Positions 1 through 8,699 of a stretch of 53,787 nt of DNA are shown piece after piece. Position 1 is the first letter of the stretch, and each line of letters opens with the position of its first letter. Source of the DNA: Methanomassiliicoccales archaeon (GTDB lineage: Archaea; Thermoplasmatota; Thermoplasmata; SG8-5; JAGLSY01); NCBI GenBank assembly GCA_030672365.1, contig DAOVGM010000022.1, positions 1-53,787 of the forward strand. The letters run 5' to 3'. The notes beneath the pieces are model-generated. The model made no database searches. It saw only the letters and a list, made by a program, of their open reading frames with translations, and was not told where the DNA came from. The position numbers and the translations under genes were made by a program.

Positions 1-3
1 AAC

Positions 4-804
4 TCACCTCTCCGAAATTATGCCTTTCTTCAAAAGCGGCTCGACTAATTTCCCTACCGCTTCCCGGGGTTCTCCCTCCAGGAACGCACACTCTCCCCGC
101 GACGGCGGAGAATACGTTTTGACAACCTCTGTAAAGGAGCCGTCCAGTCCGATTTTGGAGGAGTGCGCCCCGATGCTCTCCGCGTCCCAGACCTCTAAGG
201 GTTTCTTCTTCGCCTTCAGAATCCCGCTCATCGGCGGATATCCGGGCTCGAAAGATGTCGGCGGCATTGTTGCCAGCAACGCCGGCAACTTCACTTCAAG
301 CACCTGATAACCCTCCTCCGTCTGTTTATGAACTTCGATTTTCCGGCCCTCGCCGGCCTCGACCTTTTCGGCGTAGGTGACCTGCGGTATGCCGAGGTGC
401 TGGGCAAGCTCCGGCCCCACCTGGGCCGTGTCCCCATCTATCGCCTGCTGCCCGCATAGAATGAGGTCGAAAGGCCCGAGTTTGTTAATTGCCAGCGATA
501 ACGTGTATGATGTGGCCCATGTGTCTGCACCGGCAAATGCCCTGTCTGATAAGAGAACTGCATCGTCTACACCGAGGGCCAGGCATTTCATCAACGCGCT
601 CCTTGCCTGCGGCGGGCCCATTGAAATGACAGTTATCTTTCCTTCTCCCGCCAAATCCCTGATCCTTACGCTTTCCTCGACTGCGAATTGATCATAGGGA
701 TTCAAAATGCTCTCGACACCCTCTCTTATCAACGTGTTGGTCTTCGGGTCGATCTTGATCTCGGTGGTATCTGGAACCTGCTTCACACAGACTATTATCC
801 TCAT
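4..804 (-). CDS. etfB: Electron transfer flavoprotein, beta subunit
   Basis: 266-aa ORF with TGA stop at 4-6. MRIIVCVKQVPDT start, NPYDQFAVEE and LILCGQQAIDGDTAQVGP segments are typical of the ETF-beta/FixA family. Lies downstream of an acyl-CoA dehydrogenase gene. Confidence 0.9.
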   Translation of the reverse strand: MRIIVCVKQVPDTTEIKIDPKTNTLIREGVESILNPYDQFAVEESVRIRDLAGEGKITVISMGPPQARSALMKCLALGVDDAVLLSDRAFAGADTWATSYTLSLAINKLGPFDLILCGQQAIDGDTAQVGPELAQHLGIPQVTYAEKVEAGEGRKIEVHKQTEEGYQVLEVKLPALLATMPPTSFEPGYPPMSGILKAKKKPLEVWDAESIGAHSSKIGLDGSFTEVVKTYSPPSRGECAFLEGEPREAVGKLVEPLLKKGIISER

Positions 805-811
805 CTTTACC

Positions 812-960
812 CTCCAAAACCGAGCAGGTGAAGTCGATTTTTCTTATTTTCCGAATTTTTTTCTTTAGGAGCATCTTTCGCGTAAAATTCGCGAAAGATT
901 ATTTCGGGATGCAGAGCGACCCGAAATAACGCCAGCACAGGTTTTGGCAAAAGAAAAAAA
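812..960 (+). repeat. Family-A mosaic intergenic repeat, degenerate copy A8
   Basis: Contains CCGAGCAGGTGAAGTC (compare copy A3), the hairpin TTATTTCGGG-ATGCAGAGCGA-CCCGAAATAA (compare A4 and A5) followed by ACGCCAGC, and an extra 10-bp hairpin ATCTTTCGCG/CGCGAAAGAT. Confidence 0.6.
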
Positions 961-998
961 CTCTCCGGAACTTGCTTGACACAGACAATTATCCTCAT
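961..998 (-). pseudogene. Relic duplicate of the etfB 5' end (codons 1-11, MRIIVCVKQVP)
   Basis: About 34 nt at 964-998 match 770-804 with about 4 mismatches. The relic ATG at 998 lies 21 nt after the acyl-CoA dehydrogenase stop, which is operon-like spacing. The 63-aa ORF 807-998 otherwise translates repeat DNA. Confidence 0.55.
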
Positions 999-1019
999 TT
1001 TCTCCCGACCGATAATTGA

Positions 1020-2216
1020 CTAGCGATACGCCAGGAATTCCTTGCCCAGCAATTCTCTTGCGATTATCAGTTTCATGATTTCAACGGAGCCCTCGGCAAG
1101 CGTGAACGACCTCACACCTCTCAGTGCTTTCTGGTCAGGACACTCTTTCGTGTATCCGAAGGCCCCCTGCCATTGCATGACGTCGTTGATCGCGTCGAAC
1201 GCCCAGTTGGAGCATACGGATTTCGACATGGCAATTGCCATACTGACATCGAACCTCGATGCCTGGCCTTTCATCTCTTGATCGTATGTCCAGAGCGCTT
1301 TGTAGGTAAGTTCACGAAGTGCCTGTATTCGAACATAATGCTCCGCCAGCTTGAACTGGATTCCCTCATACTTGCCTATTGGTTTTCCGAAGGCTTTGCG
1401 CTCTTTGATGTAAGCAATGCCGTTATCGAGTGCTTTGGATGCCGCTCCGACGCAGACCAGTCCGATGAGGCCTCGCGCAAGTTCGTATCCCTCGTGCACT
1501 ATGTAGAACCCTTTGTTTTCCTCTCCGATGAGGTAGCGCTTCGGGATTTCGACGTTCTCGATGTTGAAGCCGCCGAACGATATTCCTTCCCTGCCCAGTT
1601 CTTCTATATAAGTGGGGGTGATGCCCGGTGTGTCCTTCAAAGGCAGGTAGAACAGGCTCAACCCTCTTGTGCCGGCATCCGTCATCTTCGCGAGTGTGAC
1701 GTGACCTCCGCTGTACTTCGTGGCCTCGCCGATGCCGCTGATGTACATCTTCTCTCCATTGACGACGTACTTGTCTCCCTCGCTCCTTATTTTGGTCTTC
1801 ATATTTCCGAGGTCTGAACCGATGTCCGATTCGGTTGTGGCTATCCCGACGAACTGCTCTCCTTTTACGGATTTCGGAAGTATCTCCTGCTTCGCTTCAT
1901 CGGTCCCGTATTTGTTCAGGACATACGACCAGGAATTGACTACCAGGAAAAAGACCGGAACTGCGCAACTGGGGTCTGCTCTGCCCAATTCTTCGGCTGC
2001 AATCCCCAAGGTCACTGGATCTGTTCCCAGACCGCCATACTCCGGGTCTACCATCATGCCGAGAAGTTCGAAGCCTGCCAATGCTTTGATGATTTCCTCG
2101 GGCATCTCTTTTGCTTGCTCTAGCATCTCGGCTTTCGGGGTAATCTCGCGTGCACAAAATTCTCTCATGCTCTCTCTGAATAGTTCTTGCTCCTCTGTAA
2201 AGCTATAATCCACCAT
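1020..2216 (-). CDS. Acyl-CoA dehydrogenase
   Basis: 398-aa ORF of typical ACAD length and layout. N-terminal FTEEQELFRESMREFCAREI and C-terminal LAEGSVEIMKLIIAREL resemble the ACAD family. Confidence 0.9.
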   Translation of the reverse strand: MVDYSFTEEQELFRESMREFCAREITPKAEMLEQAKEMPEEIIKALAGFELLGMMVDPEYGGLGTDPVTLGIAAEELGRADPSCAVPVFFLVVNSWSYVLNKYGTDEAKQEILPKSVKGEQFVGIATTESDIGSDLGNMKTKIRSEGDKYVVNGEKMYISGIGEATKYSGGHVTLAKMTDAGTRGLSLFYLPLKDTPGITPTYIEELGREGISFGGFNIENVEIPKRYLIGEENKGFYIVHEGYELARGLIGLVCVGAASKALDNGIAYIKERKAFGKPIGKYEGIQFKLAEHYVRIQALRELTYKALWTYDQEMKGQASRFDVSMAIAMSKSVCSNWAFDAINDVMQWQGAFGYTKECPDQKALRGVRSFTLAEGSVEIMKLIIARELLGKEFLAYR

Positions 2217-2299
2217 GTCTTTCCTCCTCCTATCATCGGGTGTTGGGGGTATCTAAAGTTAGTTATAATAAGTTTGCTCCCGCATCGATAATTGCAGGT

Positions 2300-3598
2300 C
2301 TACCTTCGCTCGTCAAAAACCCTTTTCGCCTTTATCGTGTCCTGCTGGATGTCGCCCGGATTTAAAACTTTAACATGAGGAGTGAGAGTTATCACGGCCT
2401 TGATTGCTGTTTGAATCTCCTTGGCCAGCATTTCCTTTTCCGCCTCCGGAATCGCCTGCTTCGTCTCCACCTCCACGAGCATCTGGTCCATGATTCCCTC
2501 TGTGTAAAGCGTGATCTTGTAATTCGTGCCCACTGCCGGTTTCTGCATAAGCACGTGCTCTATCTGGCTCGGGTAGATGTTGGTGCCGCGAATGATGAGC
2601 ATGTCGTCGCTCCGCCCCTTTATCGGCTCGTGCTTGAGATGAGTGCGGCCGCAATCGCACTGGCCGTCGTAGATGAAAGTGAGGTCCCGGGTCCGATACC
2701 GTAGTATCGGCATGCCCTCTTTCGTGAGAGTGGTGAGTACCAGCTCGCCCTCCTCCTCGACACCGACTGGTTCTCCTGTCTTTGGGTCGATGACCTCTGC
2801 CAGAAAATGGTCCTCCCATAGATGCAGGCCGTCGTGTTGGTCGCAGTCCGTGGAAACCCCGGGGCCGCACATCTCGGTCAGGCCGTAGATGTCGTGCACG
2901 TCCATCTCCCAGGTCTCGGCCAGTTTCCTCTTCAGGCCGGACGAGAACATCTCCGCGCCGAACAGGCCGTTGCGGACTTTCAGGTCTTTTGCAGGGTCCA
3001 TGCCCATCGCTGTCGCTTTCTGGCCGAGGTACGCGGCGTACGAAGCGACACCGGAAATGAACGTTGTTCCATAGTCTTTCATAAGCTGCAGCTGACGCTC
3101 TGTCTGGCCGCCGCCCGAAGGCACGACCATAGCACCCACCTTTTGAGCACCATAATGAAAACCGAAGGCACCTGTGAAAAGGCCGTACGGAATCGGATTT
3201 TGGAAAATATCAGAGGTGGTCAACCCGGACATCGAAAGGCATCTAGCCATTACCTCGGACCACACCTCCAAGTCATGAGGTGTGTAGCAGACCGTGATCG
3301 GTGAGCCGGTCGTCCCGCTGGATGCGTGCAGCTCGATGCAGCTCTCCAAATCAACGGCCATCAAGCCGAACGGGTAGTTGTCCCGAAGGTCGTTCTTCAC
3401 GGTGAACGGCAGCTTTCGGATGTTGTCCAGCGTTTTGATGTCCTCGGGGGCGACTTTCTTCGCATCCAGTGCCTGTTTGTAGTGACTAACGTTTTCGTAA
3501 GTATGTTTGACAACAGCCTTCAAACGCTTGAGCTGGAGTTCCTTTAGTTCGGGTTTCGGCATTGTTTCGATTTGTTTATTGAATATCAAATCAGACAT
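2300..3598 (-). CDS. paaK: Phenylacetate-CoA ligase family (PaaK-like adenylate-forming enzyme)
   Basis: SSGTTGSPI AMP-binding motif, YGLTE, and PILRYRTRDL motif. Start placed at the MSDLIFNK ATG (3598); the longer ORF start at 3646 adds 16 residues that do not look conserved. Confidence 0.85.
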   Translation of the reverse strand: MSDLIFNKQIETMPKPELKELQLKRLKAVVKHTYENVSHYKQALDAKKVAPEDIKTLDNIRKLPFTVKNDLRDNYPFGLMAVDLESCIELHASSGTTGSPITVCYTPHDLEVWSEVMARCLSMSGLTTSDIFQNPIPYGLFTGAFGFHYGAQKVGAMVVPSGGGQTERQLQLMKDYGTTFISGVASYAAYLGQKATAMGMDPAKDLKVRNGLFGAEMFSSGLKRKLAETWEMDVHDIYGLTEMCGPGVSTDCDQHDGLHLWEDHFLAEVIDPKTGEPVGVEEEGELVLTTLTKEGMPILRYRTRDLTFIYDGQCDCGRTHLKHEPIKGRSDDMLIIRGTNIYPSQIEHVLMQKPAVGTNYKITLYTEGIMDQMLVEVETKQAIPEAEKEMLAKEIQTAIKAVITLTPHVKVLNPGDIQQDTIKAKRVFDERR

Positions 3599-3734
3599 CT
3601 GGCCAACTCCAATTTGGAAGTGCGATACCGCCGTAGGCACCTTCACAAATTGGTGATGAGGCTCGAAGTATCTGACTTCGAGCCAGAAGTGCCTATGGCT
3701 GCCTAAATAGCACTTTATCGGCCCGCGGCCGAAT

Positions 3735-4046
3735 AAGTGCTAGGCACCGGACTGGTCGCCCGCACCTCATGCCGATGGTCAATGACCTTCTCGGTTCCGC
3801 CACCCCATGAGCGTTGGTAATATGCGGTTAAGCTGCTCCCGTCAGGGCCTCGCCCTTTCCCCGCAATCAAGAAGGACCACACCGCCCTCCGGCTGTGCGC
3901 GCCAATCACCTCCAACCCCGTGGGACAGAACCTCATAGTCGGGCACTGGTCCGACATAAAGCCGGTTACGCCGCATCCGGCCGTCACCCCCGCTAACGAC
4001 GATTTCGGTGTATAAGGGGACGCCGAGCCCCCCGGTTAGCCTAGCA
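3735..4046 (-). ncRNA. ffs: Signal recognition particle RNA (archaeal 7S/SRP RNA)
   Basis: The minus strand reads GCUAGGCUAACCGGGGGGCUCGGCGUCCCCUUAUACACCGAAAUCG, an archaeal Alu-domain 5' signature. It also contains AGG-CCC-UGAC-GGG-AGCAGC (helix-8-like) and a 3' GGUGCCUAGC that pairs with the 5' GCUAGGC. About 312 nt and GC-rich; the only ORF inside is an implausible 90-aa one. Confidence 0.85.
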
Positions 4047-4065
4047 AATCTGGTTAAGTGGGGGC

Positions 4066-4079
4066 AATATATAAAATTT
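4066..4079 (-). promoter_or_regulatory. TATA-box-like element upstream of the SRP RNA
   Basis: The minus strand reads AAATTTTATATAT, roughly 25 nt upstream of the inferred SRP RNA 5' end. Confidence 0.5.
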
Positions 4080-4110
4080 CGTCATGCCCCGTCTGTCAGA
4101 ACGGGGTATG

Positions 4111-5082
4111 TCACCGCCAGGTCACTTCAACATCATCCGTTCTGAACTTCTGGTCGACTCCCGAATCCTCGATTGAAGTCTCGATACCTGCCTTGTGCAT
4201 TATCAGGCCGGTCCAGGCTATCATCGCACCATTGTCAGAGCACAGATCACCGGGTGGAACGAACATGCTGGCCCCCCGCTCCTCCGCCATTATCCCGACC
4301 ATCTCTTGAAGACGGCGATTACATGCAACGCCGCCGCCAAGCAAGACCTCGTCGCGGTCGAGATGAGCCATCGCCCGCTCCGTGACCTCGATGAGCATCG
4401 CGAAGGTCGTTTCCTGAAGCGAATTGCAGACAACCGGCAATTCGGCTTTCGTGTTGAGCGCCGCTGTGAGTATGCCGGAAAACGCGACGTCCATTCCTTT
4501 GACCGAATAAGGGAGCGGCTGGTACTGGTCGGTTGTGGCGGCCAGTCTCTCGATTTCCGGGCCTGCGGGAAATGTCATGCCCTTCTCACGGCCGAACTTG
4601 TCCAACATATTACCGATGCCTATGTCGAGGGTTTCACCGAAGACGCGGTACTTGCCGTTGGCGAAGGCGATAACCTGTGTGTTGCCACCCGAAACGTATA
4701 ACAAAACCAGGTCCCCGCAGTCGAAAAGGCCCCTTCCAATCTCCAAATGCGCAACACAATGATTCACCCCCACGAGCGGCTTGCCCAAAGAGAGGGCCAG
4801 CGCCCGGGCAGATGTCGCGGCAGTCCGAAGGCAGGGGCCCAATCCCGGGCCTTGGGAGAACGCAATAAGGTCAATCTGGCTCTTGTCGATGCCCGCCTTC
4901 TCGATGGCTTCATTTATCACGCCGACGCCGTGCTCCGCATGGTGGTTCGCGGCCTCTCTCGGATGAATGCCGCCAACCTTCGGCACGTACATCTTCCACA
5001 AGTTAGCCAGTATCTCACAATCGCCATCAACAATCCCCACTCCGAAAGTGTGGGCAGTTCCCTCGATACCGAGACATATCAT
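4111..5082 (-). CDS. kae1: tRNA N6-adenosine threonylcarbamoyltransferase Kae1 (not fused to Bud32)
   Basis: 323 aa. MICLGIEGTAHTFGVGIV start, HHAEH metal-binding region, GPGLGPCLR and GGGVACN motifs of the Kae1/TsaD family. Confidence 0.92.
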   Translation of the reverse strand: MICLGIEGTAHTFGVGIVDGDCEILANLWKMYVPKVGGIHPREAANHHAEHGVGVINEAIEKAGIDKSQIDLIAFSQGPGLGPCLRTAATSARALALSLGKPLVGVNHCVAHLEIGRGLFDCGDLVLLYVSGGNTQVIAFANGKYRVFGETLDIGIGNMLDKFGREKGMTFPAGPEIERLAATTDQYQPLPYSVKGMDVAFSGILTAALNTKAELPVVCNSLQETTFAMLIEVTERAMAHLDRDEVLLGGGVACNRRLQEMVGIMAEERGASMFVPPGDLCSDNGAMIAWTGLIMHKAGIETSIEDSGVDQKFRTDDVEVTWR

Positions 5083-5184
5083 TGGTTGAGCATTCGTGGG
5101 ACGTTTAAAAAACTAATGCTCGCTCGGTCAACGCTTGACATGTCATATTAGGGTTTAAATAATAAATCAAATGATTATGGTTTT

Positions 5185-5940
5185 ATGGAAGATGAAGCTC
5201 CTGTTACTGTTTCAGTTAAGAAAATTATTGCCTTAATTCTTGTTGTTGTCATAGTCATCTCCGCTATCTGGGTGGTAAATATTTTGTTTACTTCAAGTGA
5301 CCCTCCGTGGATATTCTCTCACCCAGAGGTAACTGTCAATAAATCTTCAACCAACAATATTACTACTGAAACAATCATAGCGATGAATGATTGGGCGGAA
5401 AATTACCACGATAAGTATCATATTGACAGTATGTATATCACCATTACCACGGCGGTGGAGAACGATGAAACATATTTATTTTCCATATCAATTGATTTCA
5501 TTCCAGATTTAAATGTTTATACGTCAGAGAATGGGGGTGCTGGACCGATAACTGATGGTTTAATAAGTGTCTTCTCTGGCAACAGTATTACCTTATCAGA
5601 TGATTCAATCATATCAGAAATCACGAAAAATCGTGATTGGAAAATTACAGACAATGATCAAGTGTATTATATTGAAGAAGTAAGTGGTGTCCTTGAAGTC
5701 CACCTGCCTGGAACAGAATATGGTGAGTACTATTATCATGACAAATTATCCACTATTATTGAAAACGATGCTTGTCCAGTGGGCTATTTTGATGTTGATG
5801 GTGATTCATACCTGTCTGTTGGTGATTACTTTATTTCAGATGTTAGCAAGATAACTGAAGAATTTGATTATTTTGGATTTTATTATAAACTTAAATTTGG
5901 TGATCATTGGGAAAGCATCATAAAAAATGAAGGGGGCTAA
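5185..5940 (+). CDS. Hypothetical membrane-anchored protein (single N-terminal TM) in an AT-rich island
   Basis: 251-aa ORF with the hydrophobic segment IIALILVVVIVISAIWVVNILF. Rich in N/I/Y/D. Visibly lower G+C than its neighbours (not computed). I recognise no family. Confidence 0.6.
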   Translation: MEDEAPVTVSVKKIIALILVVVIVISAIWVVNILFTSSDPPWIFSHPEVTVNKSSTNNITTETIIAMNDWAENYHDKYHIDSMYITITTAVENDETYLFSISIDFIPDLNVYTSENGGAGPITDGLISVFSGNSITLSDDSIISEITKNRDWKITDNDQVYYIEEVSGVLEVHLPGTEYGEYYYHDKLSTIIENDACPVGYFDVDGDSYLSVGDYFISDVSKITEEFDYFGFYYKLKFGDHWESIIKNEGG

Positions 5941-5944
5941 ATTC

Positions 5945-6030
5945 TTTCGCTCCGAGCAGGCCTTTGGGGGTTGGGAAAGGCTAGCGGAGGAGCGGGGTGG
6001 GGGGATAATCAAAAGTTTGGGGCGGGCAGC
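5945..6030 (+). repeat. Family-A intergenic repeat, short form (A1)
   Basis: GCTCCGAGCAGGCC-TTTGGGGGTTGGG...AGCGGAGGAGCGGGGTGGGGGG...GGGGCGGGC. Lies between convergent genes. Confidence 0.7.
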
Positions 6031-6044
6031 CAGATAGCGAAAAA

Positions 6045-6290
6045 CTACTTCCCGATTGCCGCGATCTCACTCATCTTGTTTTTAATTTTGATGGCGCCCT
6101 CGACTGCTACATCATTGTGTACCAGTATGGGTACATTCTTCTCGATGAGCTCATAATATGCCGCATGGGCCATACCTTCCGGTGTGGACATGTCCATTAT
6201 TTTGACGTCCAGACCTTCCGGTATCTTTTCTTTCACGTAATCGCAGTTCTTGCAACTGGGTTTGGTAAATAAAATCGCTTCGTCAGGCAA
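6045..6290 (-). CDS. Glutaredoxin-like / thioredoxin-fold small protein
   Basis: 81 aa. The CKNC (CxxC) motif follows a beta-strand-like ILFTKPS segment, as in the NrdH/glutaredoxin-like fold. Confidence 0.7.
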   Translation of the reverse strand: MPDEAILFTKPSCKNCDYVKEKIPEGLDVKIMDMSTPEGMAHAAYYELIEKNVPILVHNDVAVEGAIKIKNKMSEIAAIGK

Positions 6291-6299
6291 AGTGCATCC

Positions 6300-6526
6300 C
6301 TCGTCCGAGGGGTATACACGACGGGGTTAAAAACCCTTTTCATTTAACGATGTTTAAGCAATCAGCCTACCAGCTGTATGCTTAAATTTAAGCGGTCATA
6401 TGCTCGACTTCTCAAAGTTACGGACTTTGAGTTTCTATGAAGGTTTAACGATTAGCATACGACGGTATTATTGGAAGTACTGGCTTTGAGATATGGTAAA
6501 TATATTGGGGCTGCAAACAAGATATT
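6300..6526. repeat. Family-B hairpin mosaic (B1)
   Basis: AT-rich spacer. CATATGCTCGAC plus the hairpin CTCAAAGT-TACGG-ACTTTGAG, and GATTAGCATACGACGGTAT, parallel CATATGCTCAAC plus the CTCGAAGCC...GGCTTCGAG hairpin and GATGAGCATACGGCGGTAT at 32490-32575. Confidence 0.4.
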
Positions 6527-7228
6527 TCAGTGATTGATGATGGTGACGTTCTCCTCGCCGTCCACCACTACCTGCCAGTTCCCCATGTTCTGGTAGTAGC
6601 CGAACTCGCCGATGACCTCTACACTTATGCCGTTCCCTAGGTCTTTCACGATGTCATCTTCGAACACCACGCAGCTGAGGTAATAGGTCGAATTGTCTTG
6701 CTCCGCGCGGAGGTTGAAAATCGCGCCTCCCGAAATCGTATCGTAGCTCCGGACCTCGCCCTTGACAGCCACCGTCATCCCGTCGAATATCTCGGGAGAG
6801 GCCAGTAGCTGCCAGATTTGGACACTGTTAGAAGTTGCTGGCTCGATGATTTTGATGTCTTCGGATGTGCCGATGACTATTTCGTATTCGTCGTTGTAAA
6901 TCTCGACGACGCCGGTCGCTTCAAGAGTCGCGCCCGGAATCGGGTCTGCCGTGCTTAGCCAGACCTCCGAAATGTCGGCGTTGAGGAATATCGTGATGGT
7001 GGCGTTTGTACCTAGGTCTACGAGTTCGATAGAGGTCGCCCCGCTGTCGAATGTCGATATCCGGCTGATGGTTCCGTTGAGTTGGACAAGGGAGCCGACG
7101 AGGTTCTCGTTCATCTCGGAAATTCCGACCTGCTTCGGTTTGATTGACGCCGAGTAAAAGAAAAGTGAAATAACGCCGACGAGGGACAGCACGATGACGA
7201 TAGCCAGCAGTTTGCGGTTGTCTATCAT
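6527..7228 (-). CDS. Membrane-anchored protein with two OB-fold-like domains
   Basis: 233 aa. N-terminal TM segment LLAIVIVLSLVGVISLFFY followed by two beta-rich segments (VQLNGTISRI..., VAVKGEVRSY...) resembling OB-fold nucleic-acid-binding domains. Its start lies 1 nt after the cdc6 stop. Confidence 0.65.
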   Translation of the reverse strand: MIDNRKLLAIVIVLSLVGVISLFFYSASIKPKQVGISEMNENLVGSLVQLNGTISRISTFDSGATSIELVDLGTNATITIFLNADISEVWLSTADPIPGATLEATGVVEIYNDEYEIVIGTSEDIKIIEPATSNSVQIWQLLASPEIFDGMTVAVKGEVRSYDTISGGAIFNLRAEQDNSTYYLSCVVFEDDIVKDLGNGISVEVIGEFGYYQNMGNWQVVVDGEENVTIINH

Positions 7229-7229
7229 T

Positions 7230-8417
7230 TTATCTCCTTTTGGATTGGAGGAGTTCGGTCACTTTTTCCTCGAGCACCTTCGCCGGAATGTCCGGCAGAG
7301 AGATGAGCTTTGTCTTGCCGAGATGCCCCTTTCCGGAGAGCCGGAGCCCGATGAAACCGTGGCCTTCCAGCTCTTTCAGATACTCCCAGAACTGTGTGTG
7401 GCCGCGCACCCGCTCCTCATACTCTTCGCACGCGACAGCGTAGCCCTTCTCCGACTGGCCGGTGGTGATGTAAGCCTTGCCTTTGATCTCATGGCTAATG
7501 CCGAGAAGTGTGAGAAGTTTGTGCATGTCCAGCATTCTCAACTTGTCCTCGGTGATCACCGAATGGGTCATGGCCTTGGCGGCGCGGACGTGGTCTGCAT
7601 TGACGAAATCCAAGCTTTCGTCGTTCGCTATGCGTCCCGCATTTTCCAAAAGCTCGATTGCGAATCTGGCATCGCCCCATTCGGACGCTATTTCCGCAAT
7701 GAGTTCTGTGGTTTCTTCCTCGATTGTGCCCGGATAAAACGCGAGCTCGACCCTATCGGCCAGTATTCCCCAGAGCTGCTCCTTGTCGTATTTATCGAAC
7801 TTGATGGTATTGGTGCGCTTGAACGTCGACAATGTCGCGGCGTCCAGAAACTCGATGAGGTCCTTTTGCGATATGAGAATGAGCGAAAGGCGATGCTCGC
7901 CTGCTATCCGTTCCTCGTCGAATCGCGTGAGGCTGTAGAGGAGGTCCGATCCTGATTTTTTCACGAGGACATTGGCCTCGTCAAGCACGACTATCAGATG
8001 CACTTTTTGGCGGTCGACGTGCTTTCTGAGGATTTCCAGCATTTCTGTAGTCGAAAACCCGCGGTCTGGGAAGTGTGGGTCGAAGCGCTCCAAAATTTTT
8101 AGAAGGACGGCGGAGGGCGTGTTTCTGGCCCTGCAATTCACGATTGCGAACTCGATCGCCTGGGACTTCTCCCTTGCCCATTCCTGGAAGTCCAGGCAGA
8201 ACCGTTTGGAAAGCACGGATTTGCCTGTGCCGACATTGCCCGTGAGAAAGGCCTTCTGCCCGACGTTCGAATCGACAATTTGCCTGAAAATCGAGAAGAG
8301 CTGTTTCATCTCCCTGTCGCGGTGCACCAGCCTGTCTGGCACATAATCGAAAGTAAGCTTGCTCGCGTCCGAAATGATGTTCTGCTGATAATCCTCGAAT
8401 GGGGCCATCGACACCAT
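7230..8417 (-). CDS. cdc6: Orc1/Cdc6 replication initiator
   Basis: 395 aa. Walker A GNVGTGKSV, Walker B IVVLDEAN, and a C-terminal winged-helix region (FWEYLKELEGHGFIGL). Confidence 0.93.
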   Translation of the reverse strand: MVSMAPFEDYQQNIISDASKLTFDYVPDRLVHRDREMKQLFSIFRQIVDSNVGQKAFLTGNVGTGKSVLSKRFCLDFQEWAREKSQAIEFAIVNCRARNTPSAVLLKILERFDPHFPDRGFSTTEMLEILRKHVDRQKVHLIVVLDEANVLVKKSGSDLLYSLTRFDEERIAGEHRLSLILISQKDLIEFLDAATLSTFKRTNTIKFDKYDKEQLWGILADRVELAFYPGTIEEETTELIAEIASEWGDARFAIELLENAGRIANDESLDFVNADHVRAAKAMTHSVITEDKLRMLDMHKLLTLLGISHEIKGKAYITTGQSEKGYAVACEEYEERVRGHTQFWEYLKELEGHGFIGLRLSGKGHLGKTKLISLPDIPAKVLEEKVTELLQSKRR

Positions 8418-8446
8418 AATCTATTCGGCCAAAATAATAGTTTTCC

Positions 8447-8683
8447 TTAGTCAATGTCAAGGGCGATCAGGGTCTCGGTCGAAACTATGCCCTCCACCTC
8501 TCTAATTTCGCGCACGACCATCGAGAGGAGCTTTGCGATGTCCTCGCCCTCGACAATCGAAATTATATCATAACTGCCTGTTACTGAATGAACTTCCCGG
8601 ATGCCTGGCACCTGCCTGAGTTCTTTGAAGACGGGCTCCAGGCTTCCAGCATTGACCTTGATTAACACGAAAATTTTTTCCAA
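8447..8683 (-). CDS. Stand-alone Lrp/AsnC ligand-binding (RAM) domain protein
   Basis: 78 aa. IFVLIKVNAGS...VHSVTGSYDIISIVEGED...VEGIVSTETLIAL matches the AsnC_trans_reg domain pattern. Confidence 0.75.
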   Translation of the reverse strand: MEKIFVLIKVNAGSLEPVFKELRQVPGIREVHSVTGSYDIISIVEGEDIAKLLSMVVREIREVEGIVSTETLIALDID

Positions 8684-8699
8684 ATGAACACCACTATGA

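Noticed and set aside
807-998. 63-aa ORF beginning MRIIVCVKQVP
   Set aside because: Only the first 11 codons are etfB-like (a relic duplication). The remainder translates family-A repeat DNA, so it is treated as a pseudogene fragment and not a gene.
3715-3987. 90-aa ORF on the minus strand
   Set aside because: It lies entirely inside the SRP RNA gene. The composition is GC-driven and there is no protein-like pattern.
6291-6526. Replication origin next to the cdc6 operon
   Set aside because: The region is AT-rich, but I found no repeated ORB/mini-ORB-like boxes. The sequence is explained by family-B hairpin modules shared with other intergenic sites.
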